A stretch of 64,000 bases of DNA from Moniliella sp. 'wahieum' (taxonomy: Eukaryota). Each line of letters begins with the position of its first letter. Within the stretch, counting starts at the first letter, position 1. The position numbers and the translations under genes are program-made. The notes beneath the pieces were generated by a model. It searched no databases, had not been told where the DNA came from, and worked only from the letters and a program-made list of their open reading frames with translations. The stretch spans positions 1 through 64,000 of the forward strand of contig RSEE01000165.1 in assembly GCA_003971905.1 (NCBI GenBank), given 5' to 3'. Shown here piece after piece: positions 10,991 to 23,285 of the stretch.

Positions 10991-13442
10991 CTAGCGTGCC
11001 GGAGCACGGAGGTGGGCGTTGCGCGGCACCGGGGCGACCGGGAGCGGTTCTTGCTCCTGCTGGGCAGCGAGCAGGCTGCCGGGCGCAAAGGGCCCGCGGA
11101 ACAGGTCGGCGGCCTTGACCAAGGGCGCCCCACTTGGCGGGTGGGAGTGGGACGCGAGAGGCGGCGGGAGCGGCGGGGGCGAGGTGGGCGCCGGCTCGCG
11201 TGGGCCCCAGGGCCGGCGGGCGGTGCCGGAGCGGGAGAGGGAGGAGGCGGCGTTGGAGGCGGAGGCGGACGCGCCGGCGCTGCCGCTGCCAGTGGGCGCG
11301 GACACGGGCATGCTGGCGAGCAGCTGGGGCTGTTCCTGGGCCAGGAGGTAGGTGCGTGCGAGGAGGATGTTCTTGACCCAGTCGCGGTGCGCGGCCGGGT
11401 CCGAGAGGGAAAAGTAGTGGACATAGTCCTGGTCGGGCTTCTCGAAGAGCGTGACGGCGTCCTGGCTGCGCACGGCAAACGAGTACTGCTTGGGCGGCTT
11501 GGGCACGCCGGCGCCTGGCTCGGCGACGTGCGGCGCAACGAGGTAGCCGTCAAACGTCGAGAGCGAGCAGAGGAAGAGCGCGTCCTTGCCGCTGGACGAC
11601 TTGGCGACCCAGAGCGCATGGTCGTGCAGCTCGAGCCACCTGCGCGCCACTTGCCCGTGCGCGCGTGACACCTGCACCCACCCGGCCAGCACGGCGACTG
11701 GCTCGGCACCGAGCGCAGACAGCACGCCGGCCAGCTCGGTCCGCCGGAGCAAAAAGTAGTCGCTGCCACCGGCGCGGCTCGCCACCGTGTCGGCCACCGC
11801 TCGTACTCGCGCAGCGGCCGCTCCACGCCCCACCGGGCGCCACGTCCACACCACCCACGCCGCGCCCGGCTGCGCACTGTCCTCCGTCTGCGCCACATTC
11901 GTCCGCGCCAGCACGGCAAGCACCAGCTCCTTGGCGCGCATGTCGGGTGGCAGTCAATGTGAATGTAGCGTGCCGCGTCACGACATAGACCTTGTGCGAG
12001 AGACGAGGACCGGGTGGCGGGGTCGGCTGGCTCGATAGCGGCATGGGCGGCACGCTGGCGCCGCGGTGGCTGTCGTGGGCGACGTGGCGTCTTTCATGCC
12101 TCTTGATTTGGACCGGCGCAGGGATCGGGATCGCAGCACCGCGTCTTCCTCCCCCGCCGGTGGTGGTGCGGTGGCAGCGGCGGCGATAGTGGCCCGGCCG
12201 ACGTGGTCGCATTGAGGATGGGCGGGCCGACGTCGGGCCGACGTGTGGGGGAAAGGTGCACGTTGGGCGAGGGTGCCTTGTGAGCGGCGTGCCAAGCGGC
12301 GAGTTCGGATTGTTCGGCCGCACGCTACGTACCTCGCGGGTTGTGTTTGTGCCCGTCCTCCTTTTCGCGTTGGTCGGCAACCACTTGCAGACGCGAATCA
12401 GGTCGACTGGGTCCACGCCCCAGGGCAGGGCATGGGCTTGGACATGGGCATGGGCATGCCGCCCATCGGCCGCGAGGATTGCCAGCGACGCGACGGGGCC
12501 ATGGCAGCCGGAACGGGAACGGGAACGGGTTGCGGATTGGGGTGGGAATGGAGATGAGGATGCGCATGGGCCTGGGCTGGGGATTGGGGTTGGGGTTGGG
12601 GTTGGGCATGGCGACGGGCAGGGCGGGGGCAGGGGCAGGGCTCGGGCTTTTGCGCCGGGTGGTGTTGGAGGCGAGTGAGGCGAGCGAGGGGGGGACCTGA
12701 GTCTGGGGTGGGGCCGAGAGCGGGGCGGCAGTCGCATACGCATGGCCGCACTGGAGGGGGCGAGGGGGGGTATGGGCATAGCGTCGGCGGCATAGCTGGT
12801 GCAGGCGCGGGTGCGGGTGCGGGTGCGGCGGCAGCGGTGAGGGCGCGGCGGCGAGGGGCGGCTGGGGGGAGGTGTGGCTGGGCGGCGGGAGGATGGAGGA
12901 GTGGGGGGAGGAGGCCGAGGTGGGGGAGGACTTGGATGCGGCGCGGCGGTGGGCGGGGAGGGTGCGTTGGAGCGAGCGCTGGAGCCCGACGGGGTTGACG
13001 ACGCGCTCGCCGAGTGGAACGTCGTCCTCGCTGTCGGATGCGTGGCGCGGCTGCGGGGATGAGGGGCGAGGGGGGAGAGAGGGGGAGGGGGAGGCGAGGG
13101 GCTGGGTTGAGGCTGGGGGTGGGGGTGGGAGCGGCGCGGGGGCGGGGTGTGCGGGGTGGGGTGGCGGGGCCATACGCGTCCTCGTCGTCCAGCTCGTCCT
13201 CCGACGGCGTCGTCAGCGCGTCGGGGGCGCGTTCCAGCGCGCGTGCGGCGGCCAGGAGCGCGCGTCGACGATGGGGGTGCGCCCGGCGGCGGGCGCCGCG
13301 TGGCCGCCATCGCTGCTGCGTAGTGGTCCGAGTCGGAGCCCGAGGGGGGCGGGTGCGGCGACGGCTGGTGGTGCGGGGGCGGCGGGCGTGGTGGGGGCGG
13401 GGCGGGAGGCTGCTCGCGCTGGCGGCGCAGGTGGAAGCGCAT
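10991..13442 (-). CDS. Fungal protein with Pro-rich N-terminus and C-terminal (RA-like +) PH domain
   Basis: C-terminal GWVQVS..RRWLELHDHALWVAK..LCSLSTFDGY..KPPKQYSFAVRSQD...DYVHYFS...HRDWVKNILLARTYLL is a PH fold. The N-terminus carries a DSEDDVPLG motif. Several frameshifts. Confidence 0.7.
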
Positions 13443-13541
13443 CGGACGCGGGTGGGGGGGGGGGATGGCGATGGAGATGGCGGTGGGGACGCTGGGGATG
13501 CTGGGGACGAGGACGCTGGTGGTGGTGGAGCAGCAGAGAGG

Positions 13542-13590
13542 AGCTTAGCTTGGCTTAGCTTAGCTTAGCTTAGCTTAGCGTAGCGTAGCT
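13542..13590. repeat. (GCTTA)n microsatellite
   Basis: About 9 pentamer units upstream of the PH gene. Confidence 0.9.
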
Positions 13591-14822
13591 GCTGGCCGCT
13601 GCTCCGCTCCGCCCGCCTCATGCATGCACTCACCCGTGCAGCCCCGCCGCCCGCGCAGCACGCCAGCGTCACCCATCCCCCCGCTGTCCCCGCATGCTAG
13701 GGTTGGCGGTGGCTACTGCCCCCTGCGCACCCGACTTCTGCGGCCACGCTCCGCATCGCCGCCGGCCGCAGGCAGTACACCGCAGCACCCACCTGTACCC
13801 AGCAGCATACAGCCCCCGTGGCTGCTGCCTGCGCTCGGGTTAAGCCCCTGGGCTCGCTGCCCCCTGCCTGCTGGCCCTCCGATCGTGCCAGCGCAGCCAC
13901 CCATCACCACACTGGCGTCGTGCGGGTTCGGCCGCCTCCCCTGCCGCATGTCACACGGGCAAAACCCACTGGGATCGCCTCCTCCTCCGCCATCTGTGTC
14001 CCATAGCATCCCCAGCATCGTTTCCATCGCACGTACGCCACATGTGCTGTGCTGTGCGCGTCTGCAGGTGTGCGAGTTGCAGTCCGGTGGTAGACGTACC
14101 GACCGACGCCATCGACCGGTCCGAGACGCGCACCGCCAGACCAGCAAACGGGCACGGATCCGGACCGATCGGCGAAGGGCAACGATCGAGAACAATCCCC
14201 AGGGAGTGCGAGAGGGAAGAGTCACTACGTAGTCCTAGCAGATCGAGGCCACGCCCTTGGGAATCTGAACACTGCATCCTAGAAGCTGTCTGTCTGCTTT
14301 GGTCAGGGCCTGGATCCATGTCCGACCCATCTCGTCTGAGCCATATTCCAACAGACCAGGCGGGGAGTGTGCTCCGCAGCGCACCCAACACAGGCGCCCA
14401 GACCAAGCCCACGCGGGGGAGAGAGGTGCAGTAGCCTCTCGAGGCAGATGGAGAGGACCGCGAGAGAAAGAGAGCGCTGCAGTCTTTGATCCGCCCTGCC
14501 AACTCAACGCAACACTGCCGTCTGTTTTCTTTTCCGTGGACGAGGCCCACCACGAAGACAGACACGCGTCGAGTACCAAACGGGGCAGGGGGAGCAGGCA
14601 GAGGGACAGCACGGCGATACGCACCCCGACGACGGCCGACGGAGTCAACCTTCAAGTTAGTGGGGGGGTCACCGGGCGGAATGGGGGGTGTGGGGCGGGC
14701 GGGCGGAACGGGCGCTGGTGTGCTGGTGCGCTGGCGCCCGCCGTGGCTCGCCTTCGGAGCGACGACTGCGACCACCACCACCTCACTTCCCCACCACCAC
14801 CACCCCCGCGTGTGCCGGCGCC

Positions 14823-17577
14823 ATGTTCGAGCGATCGCTCGAGTCGCTGATCAAGGGCTTCCGCTCGCACCGGGGCAAGGACGAGGCGGCGTACCTTGCG
14901 AGTGTGCTTGCCGAGATCCGTGCCGAGACGCAAGCGGCCGATATGGAGGTGAAGGCGAACGGGGTGCTGAAGCTGGTGTACCTGCAGATGCTGGGCCACG
15001 TGTCGTCGCACGCGGCGTTTGCGATTGTGGAGGTGATGGCCGCCCGGCCGTTCCACTTGAAGTATGTGGGGTACTTGGCTGCGGCGCAGTGTCTCCCCGC
15101 CGAGTCCGACGTGCTCATCCTCGCCACCAACTTGTTGCGCAAAGATCTTGCCTCGCCCGCCGAGCTGGACATTATGGCTGCGCTCTCTGTCCTGCCGCAC
15201 CTCATGACCCCGGCGCTGGCGCAGCACCTGCAAGCAGACGTGATTGCGCTGGCGAACCACTCGAAACCTGTCGTGCGCAAAAAGGCCGTCGTCGCGCTCT
15301 ACTACCTCATCCTCGCCCACCCGCCCAGCCTGGACAAGGCGTGGGTGCGTCTGCAGGACCGGCTGGACGACGAGTCGGTGCCCGTGCAGAGTGCGACCGT
15401 TAGCATCCTCACGGAACTTGCTCTGCGGCCTGAACCGATCGGACCCAAACCGCTCCTGCCACTGGCACCACAACTCTTCAGCTTGCTCACACCTCCTGCA
15501 CCAACAACTGGCTCGCCATCAAGCTGATCAAACTCTTTGCCGCCCTGTCGAGCGTCGAGCCGCGCTTGGCCAGACGCTTGCTCCCGGCGCTGACGACCAT
15601 GCTGGAAACTACGTCGGCCATGTCGCTGGTGTACGAATGTGTGCATGCCATCATTGTGGGCGGCATGCTGCGTCGGCCCGACACCGCCTCCCAATCCCTC
15701 TCCCTCTCCCAATCCCAATCCGAGTCCGACCGGTTCGCCTCGCTGTGCATCAACAAGCTCGGGACGTTTTTGAGCCACACGGACCAAAATTTACGCTACA
15801 TTGCGCTGGTGGGGCTGATCAAGTTCCCCGACGATGCGCACCTGCTGCGGCCGCTGGAGCCCGAGGTGGTGCGCTTGGTCCAAGACCCATCCGACTCGTC
15901 CGTACGCCTCCAAGCGTTTACCCTCCTCACTGGACTCGTTACCCCACCCGCCACCTTTGGCGCCTACACCTCCACCGTGCTCGCCATCCTTGGCCTAGCC
16001 CTGCCTACTACCGAATCCCTATTGGAATCCCATCTGGATCTGGATCCGACGACGGGGGGGGTGTGCGTGCCACGCTGCGCGCTGGTGGGATCAAAGCGCA
16101 CGCTATCCGGTCCGGCGCCAGTGTGCCCTCTGGGTCAGCCGCGGCGCGGCTCAAGGGTCTGCTGCATGCCGCTGCGCCGGCGACGGCTTGGCGGGCTCCG
16201 CACCGGAAGAGACAGACGAACGCGGGTACATTGTCGCCGGCACGAACCGGCTGCGGAAAGAGGTTCGGTGGGCCTATGCGTTGGTAGGTGCCAAGGACGA
16301 GTATGCGCTGGTGCGGGGTAGCGCGGTGACCTTGCCCCACACCGAGGCCAAGACGGACTCCGACGCCGACGCCGAGGCAGCACGGGCGACGTACCTGCTG
16401 GCGTTGTTTACCATCTACCCACAGGCGGACGCGTTGTTGCAGCGCGTGATGGATCGGCAGTGGGTGGATTTGCTAGTACGGTTCCCTTCCACGCGCTTGC
16501 CGTCCTTGGCGGCATTTGCGCTCGACCCGACCCGCTTGCCGTTACTCCTGTGCATCTTGCGCGTCAAGGCGTCGCAGCATAGCTTGCATCTCCGCCCGGA
16601 TCAGCTCGCGGCCCTTGTGCACTTGCTTGACCAACCCCCGACCACCGCGCCGACCCGCACCAAGAACACTTCCCGGCGCTCATCCAGATTCTCCTCGACC
16701 TTTGGCTCGCGGCGTCGCCCTCGCCCTCGCCCGCGGCCCAATCCGGCGCAGCATCAGAACCATCATCGGGAGCAGGAGCAGGAGCAGGACCTTCGCCACC
16801 TTGCTCGTCGGACACAACCACAGCCAACCTCTTGATCCCGTTCCTGACCCGCCTCGGGCAGCAGAGCAAGCAGCTCGAGACGCGACAACGGGTGCGTACC
16901 TTCCTAATCTCCTGTAAAGGGTGACGTGATGACACGGGATGTGTGGATGGCAAGCTGACATGGGGTTACGGCGGCAGAGCATGGAGGCGGTGCAGATTCT
17001 GAGCGATGGCGCGGCGGCCGCGGTGCTGCACGCTTCGCCGGCGGGGGTGGGGCTGGGGCTGGGCGCTGCGCCGCACCTGTCGCCGCCCACGGAGGCGCGG
17101 GTGCTGTTTACGCCTGTGCGGCGGTCGACGCTGACGAAGCGCAAGGGCGTGTTTGCGCAACCGGCGCTGCTGGCGGCGCCGCGCGCGTCCAAGGCGGCGT
17201 CCAAGGCTGCGTCCAAGACGGCGAGCAAGCCGACGAGCAGGCCTCCGCCGGCGGCAGCGCCGACAACCCCTTCTACCTCTCGGCGGGCGGCGGCGGCAAG
17301 GCGCGGCGGGGAAGAAGAAGAAGGCGGGGTGGCGGCGGCGGCGGCGGACATGGCGCAGACGGAGACGGACATGGCGGCGGAGGAGGTGCCGATTGTGGTG
17401 CTGGACGCTGTGTTTGCGCCCCCAACGCCCGAAAGGCCGACGAGCAAGACGCTGTGCTGGCCGAGGGCGCCTGCCGTGCACGTGACGCCAAGCGCCGCAA
17501 GCAGAAGGCCCCGCCGCGCCGCTGACGTCAGCCAATGCATCGCACTCTCCATGGAATCTCTAGTCCACTTGATATGA
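14823..17577 (+). CDS. APL5: AP-3 complex subunit delta (3' end approximate)
   Basis: MFERSLESLIKGFRSH, KANGVLKLVYLQMLGH, VLILATNLLRKDL, NWLAIKLIKLF, TSAMSLVYECV, DQNLRYIAL are delta-adaptin trunk motifs. Low-complexity C-terminus. Confidence 0.92.
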
Positions 17578-17904
17578 TCGGACCGCTGGATGGGGGGCCA
17601 CGTGGCACAGCACGTGCAGTTACGTACGCAGCGCAGCCACGCGCCCTGGCTGGTGCAGGGCGAATGGCGGCGGTGGATTTTTTCAGGCAGTAATTTAGCT
17701 GGGCTGGGCTTTGCTTCTTCTCGACACTGGCACGTGTGGGTTAGTCGCAGCCGCACCTCCGCCACCACCCTCCATTGCTCTCACCACCACCACACCACCA
17801 CTCTCACCACCACCACCCACTCTCACCACCACACCCCACTCTCCCACTCTCCCCACTCTCACCCCCACTCTCCCCCCCCACTCTCCCCACCCCACTCTCA
17901 CGGC

Positions 17905-20900
17905 ATGCTCCGCTGCCACGCCGCCCCCTGCGCGCCGCCCTCACCCGCCTCCCACACCCGCCGACGGCCGTGCGCGTCGCGGTGGCGCTGACACCCCCCG
18001 CCCCCCCTCGCCACCCCCCCCGCACGCGCCTTTGCCGCCAGCGCGCCCTCCCCGTGCGCTCCCGCTCGCGTGCCAAGATGAACCGGCAGGAGCTGGCCAT
18101 GCGCCAGGTCGCCATCGACATCAACCAGATCAAGCAGCTCGCGAGCGCCTCGACAAGGCCGACCCCACTGGTGGCCCCGGAGCCGACGGCAGCCTCATGC
18201 CCGACACGGCCTTCCTCCCCGCCCGACGCTGAGCTCGATGCGTTTACCGCTGCGCTTGCGGAGCCTGCGCCTTTGACGCCGCTCCAGCTGGCCCAGATGG
18301 CGCGCATCCAGCTCCACCGCACCCGCATCGCCGCCCAGAACGTGCCCCACCTCTTCTCGCCCCACTTTGTCCGCCACGCGCTCTCTGACGCCCACCAGCA
18401 GCAGGCCGTCGCGGCTGTCCGCACGCTGGCCAACCGTCTGGCGCACGCCCAACCCCCCCTCATACACCCCTTCCTGCCCCCTCGGACGACGCCGCTGCCC
18501 AGCAAGGTCCACCGCCGCTGCCCGACCTGGCCGAGCCCATCCGCCTGCTCACGTCCCGCGTCGGGCTGAAGGACACGCTGCTGGCCGCGGAGAAGACGGC
18601 GCCGCCGGCGCTCGTCGTGCCGCCCATCCCCGATCCCAGTCTGCCAGCCGAGGAAAAAGCACAGGCCTACCGCGAGCGCAAACAGGCCATCAAGCAAAAC
18701 AAGGCCCACGCCACCCAGGCTCTCCAGGCCGAACTGTCCCGTCCGACTTTACTGTGCCGCTATCGTCCAACGACATTATCCTCTCCCTCTTGACGCGTCT
18801 GCAGGACACGGTGTCGGCCGGGGGTGCGGACTCCTCTCCCACACCCGTGCCGATTGCCGAGGTGATCAGCGCCAAGGAACTGCGTTCGCTCGCGGTGCTG
18901 GCGGCGCTGGAGAACAATGCAGATGGGATCAAGGCGCTGGTACAGGTGGCACTATGATGGACAAGGCGCACTACTCGCAGTTGACGAGCCAGCAAGCGCT
19001 GCAAGACGCTGCGCGTGTCGAGGCCGCACGCAAGGCGCCGTACCGGGCATGGAGTACATCAAGCCCCCTCCCTTTGACCCAGTGCCCGCACCGACGCCGC
19101 GGCCACCTACGCTTTGGCCCGCACCAAATGGCCGATGGCCTCGGACGCCTCTTGGCGCCCAAGGGCAAGCTCGAGGTGTTGCGTGTCATGTACCGCGAAA
19201 TTGCCGATAGTTTCGTCCCCCCCCCCACATCTACTTTTGAGTGTGGAAGGTCTGGTATTGACCTCTGTTCTTACTTTGCTTTGCAGCCGGAGTGGAGATG
19301 ACGGGGCCGAAGCACTGGCTGATTCGCGCGCAGGTCGAGGCAGGCGACGTGCCCGGCGCGATCACGGCACTGACCGAGCTGGAAGACTCGAGTCCGGCCG
19401 AGATGCGGACGTACGCATCGGTGATTGTGACACTGTTCAAGCGGGAAGATTTGGCAAGCAGCAAACAGCCTGGTCGCTGTTCCAGCAGATGCGTTGGCAG
19501 CGCACCCGGTACCGGACGAGCCGCTGTACACGCGCATGATCCTTGCCTGTGCCGCAGGCAAGATCCCAGAGCAAAACGTGCACAGCTGGCGTCGTGCGCC
19601 GGGGAACGCGCTATGGACCTGTTCAAGGAAATGACGTTGACCTACCACGTTCGTCCGTCACTCAACACGTACAATGCCGTGATCCATGCCCTGGCAAAGA
19701 CCACGACTTTGCCAACGACGCCATGACCGTCTACCGTCAACTGGTCGACCTGCAGTTCACACCCGTCCGCTCGAGCACGACCCCAATACCACCGCCGATG
19801 CCACTGCTGCTGCGCCGCGCGAAACGGCCTGGAATTCGTGCCGGACCGGACGACGTTTACAACTTCTGGAAGCGTTTGATGGCAATGGGGATCTTGCGCG
19901 GGGCAAGTGGGTAGTGGGGAGATGCTACGGGTAGCCCATGCGTTATTTCGCCGTCTACGGCGCCGCGGACACGTACACGAGAGCAAAATTTGGTCGATGC
20001 CGTGGCGCGCTTGCCGATGCCAAGACGGTATCGTTGTTGCTGCACTGCTATGCGCACTACAACCCGCCGTTGGAGCCGTTGCTGCAAGAGGCGCGCGAGG
20101 CGGCCATGGTGCGCGAACGCGAAGAGCTCAGTCGTCTCGACCAGGGTTGCCGTTGGGAGAGGAGGAGGGGACACGTCCCTTCCCGACATGGAGTTTGACC
20201 CCCAGTTGCCCCCCACTGTGCGCATCAAGGAGTACCGCGCGCTCAGGCGAAACGCATGCAGGGCGTGCTGGACATGGAGGCGGCCGTGGGCTTGGACCAA
20301 AGCGAGCCTACGCCAGCACCACCATCATCGCCATCATCACCACTCTTTTCTACTTTGCCCCCTACGACGAAGCCAGTGGAGAAGAGGCGCCGGGGTGTAC
20401 AACCTGCTGGAAGACAAGGAGATGCAAGCGCTGGCGACAGAGGAACAGCAAGCGGAAAAAGAAAAGATCAAGAAACGTTGGCGCGCAAGCGGCGAGATTA
20501 TGGCGCGCATCGACGCGGAGCAGACCGCAAGGACGAGATGGGCGGGATCTTGGTCCCGGACAAGCCCGGGCCAAGCGTGGAGGAGAAGGCGGAGAAGGTG
20601 GCGGCGCACGTGCGGCGTCTGGCCGAGGCACAGCGCACAGCGCACCTCGAAGCCGCGCCGACGTGCCCAGCGACGTGGCTGCCGGCGTGACTTTGCCGCA
20701 GACCAGCGCCGGGGTGCTGCGGGAAGTGGCGGCGATCCTCGGCTCGCTCGCCGAGTCGGCCGATGCGCGCGCGGCGGCGCGGCGCGCGCCGAGAAGGACA
20801 ACGGGCAGCTCGACGCGTGGCTCGCCGTGACGGTGGACGCGGACGTGCTGGCGCGTACCTGCGGGTGCTCATGTCGCACGGCCGCCGGAGCAGGTGCTGT

Positions 20901-21674
20901 GGACGATGGAGGCGGCTGTTCAGCGCCAAGGCAGAGGAGAACGTGTATGCGCGCTTTGGCCTCGAGCCCGACCGGCGTGCGTTCGAGTGGCTCTTCCGCA
21001 CGGGCCTCTTCTACGACGAGACGGATCCGCTGCGGCCGGCGGTGGACCGCGTGCTGGACGCGGCGTGGCGGCGCTTTGAACAGTCGCGCAGCTTCCGTGA
21101 AGGCGACCCGGCCGCCCACGGCGTCTGGCGCTTCCGCATCGAGAACCTCGCGCGCAGCTTCCGCCTCGACGAGGCCATGGCCACCTTCCGCGCGTTTGTG
21201 CTGGCGCTGCCGCCGGTGACGACGGACGTGATCAACGGCGTGCGTCCGCTCGACGCGCGCGGCGACGTTCCACTTGCGGCCGAGGGCGCCAACACCCAGT
21301 CACCGCCCCCGCGACGACCGCTCAGCCGCACGAATGCGGCAGCTGATCCACCAGCTCGCCACGCACCCCCGCTACCGCTTCCCCAAGGGCGAGTTTGACC
21401 ATCTGCGCAACCGGCTCGTGCTGGCGGGCCGGGCGGAGGACTTGGCGCTGGTCAAGCGCGCGCAGGCGGTGTACCAGATGCAGCTGGGCCACCTCTGCGC
21501 GCGACGAAGCAGACGCGCGCGCGCGCCCCCCATGCCCCAGACGCGCGTCGGTGGGCTCAGCCCCATCGTCGAGGACGAGAAGCGCAAGGCTGTCGTCAAG
21601 CGCCGCCAGACCAACTGGCAAGCCAGGCTGCCCGCCGCCAACGCAAGCGCAACTACAAGCGCAGCAAGCGGTAA
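17905..21674 (+). CDS. Pentatricopeptide-repeat protein, probably mitochondrial
   Basis: AWSLFQQMR..AHPVPDEPLYTRMILACA, ERAMDLFKEM..VRPSLNTYNAVIHALAK, AMTVYRQLVDLQFTP. Arg/Ala-rich N-terminus; many frameshifts and a probable intron near 19230-19290. Confidence 0.8.
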
Positions 21675-21855
21675 TCTACAAAAAACACGTCTTCTTTTCT
21701 CTTCTGCTCTTGTTTTCTCTTGCTTTTTTCCTTCTCCCCCCCCCCCCTCCCATCCATGCATCCCCTGTCACTACTCGCCTGCACTTGTGCATGCAAAAAG
21801 CTAATGGAATCCACCCCCATCATGAGCACGAACACCAGATGGATTTAGGCTCTAC

Positions 21856-23026
21856 TTACTCCTCCGTCGCGCTGACTGCGCGCTGGACAAAGTCCCATAG
21901 GCGCGACATGTCCGCGTCGTCGAGCGCGTCAAACACGTGGTCTGCGCCAGGCAGCTCGTCGTACGTCGTGTCGATGCCGGCGGCGCGGGCGGCACGCACG
22001 AGCGCACGCGCGTGCGACGCACCGCCAAGTCCGCATCGCCATGCGTCACGTACAGCTTGGCCCGGCGCACCAGCCGACGCACCTCGGACGCGTTGCCCGC
22101 GATCCACGCGGGAACATCCGTCTTGTCGAACCACTCGGCACGCTCCAGGTCGCCAACAGAAACGAATGTAGCTCGCCCGTCTGCTGGCAGTAGCGGTACA
22201 GCTGCCACGGTCACGCCAACGCCACGTCAGGTCAGGTCAGGTCAGGTCAGTACACAAGAGGGAATGGGAGGGACACGTACCATGTTGCGCGCGTCGTCGG
22301 CGCTGGTGGGCCCCGTGTTGGTGCAGACGGGCGCGGTGGGTCGGCGTACTTGGCCAGCGCGGCCATCTCGGTGGCGGTCATGCACCCGCGGAAGGGCGCA
22401 GCGCAGGGCCGCTGGTAGAACGGGTCGCCGAGCTGGGTCTGCGGGTAGATGGCGGCGACGGCGCAAATGTTGGCCAGGTAGCGCTCCGACGCGCCGTCGG
22501 CCAGCGGCAGAAACTCGTTCTGCCCCACCGCCAGGTTGAGCGCCAAGAAGCCGCCGGCCGAGTTGCCCATCAGCACCGTGCGCGCCGTGTCCATCCGCGG
22601 CGCCGACGGCCGCAGGTCGCGCAGCAGACCCGGCAGCTCGTCCATCGTCCACCCAGCGCGTCCCCACGTCGCTCAGCACGGCCGGCACGCGCACCTGCGG
22701 CACAGTCTGGTGGAGGCAGCACAGCGGACACGGGTCAGCACGTCAGCACCACCACCACCACCCATCCACACGTCACCACGCCACATACCGGTAGTCGGGG
22801 AACACGCCAATCATCGTGTCGCGGCCAGCCGCGCACCAGGTGCGGGTACAGCCGGTCGCGCCCGCCGTTGGTCAGCCGCCGCCGTGCAGCCAGAAGAGCA
22901 CCGGCAGCGGGGCGGCTCCGAGGAAGCACGGCTGCCGGCGGGCACGGCCGGGAGGTGGACGTCGGCGCGGATCGGCACGGCGCCGACGGTCTTGAAGGTG
23001 AGCGTGAGCGTCTCGGCGCTGCTCAT
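21856..23026 (-). CDS. Alpha/beta hydrolase (HSL-like esterase)
   Basis: LFWLHGGG oxyanion motif, SPDYR, GNSAGG nucleophile elbow, HGDADLAV, PGADHVFD. Introns near 22710-22790 and 22190-22280. Confidence 0.85.
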
Positions 23027-23285
23027 CGCGGCGGCGGTGCGTTAAACGTTGAGCTACAAGGGGGGCCACTCGTCAATCGACGGTGTACTAACGTATTATT
23101 ACCACGCCCGCTCGGTGCAACCCACTGCCACGTGGAAGGCCGCCGCAGGAAGGTGGCGCTGCGATCACCGCCACCACCATCACCGCCACCACCCCCATCG
23201 CCACCGCCATCGCCACCCATCACCCGCCCCTCCACCCCTCCCCCGCCATCTCCCCCCACCCCCCCCCCCCCCGCGCCCAACCGCC

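Noticed and set aside
21801..21859. Hydrolase stop codon inside a GTAAGT donor-like site (cryptic C-terminal extension)
   Set aside because: Candidate spliced extensions give no PTS1-like end. Not supportable without RNA-seq.
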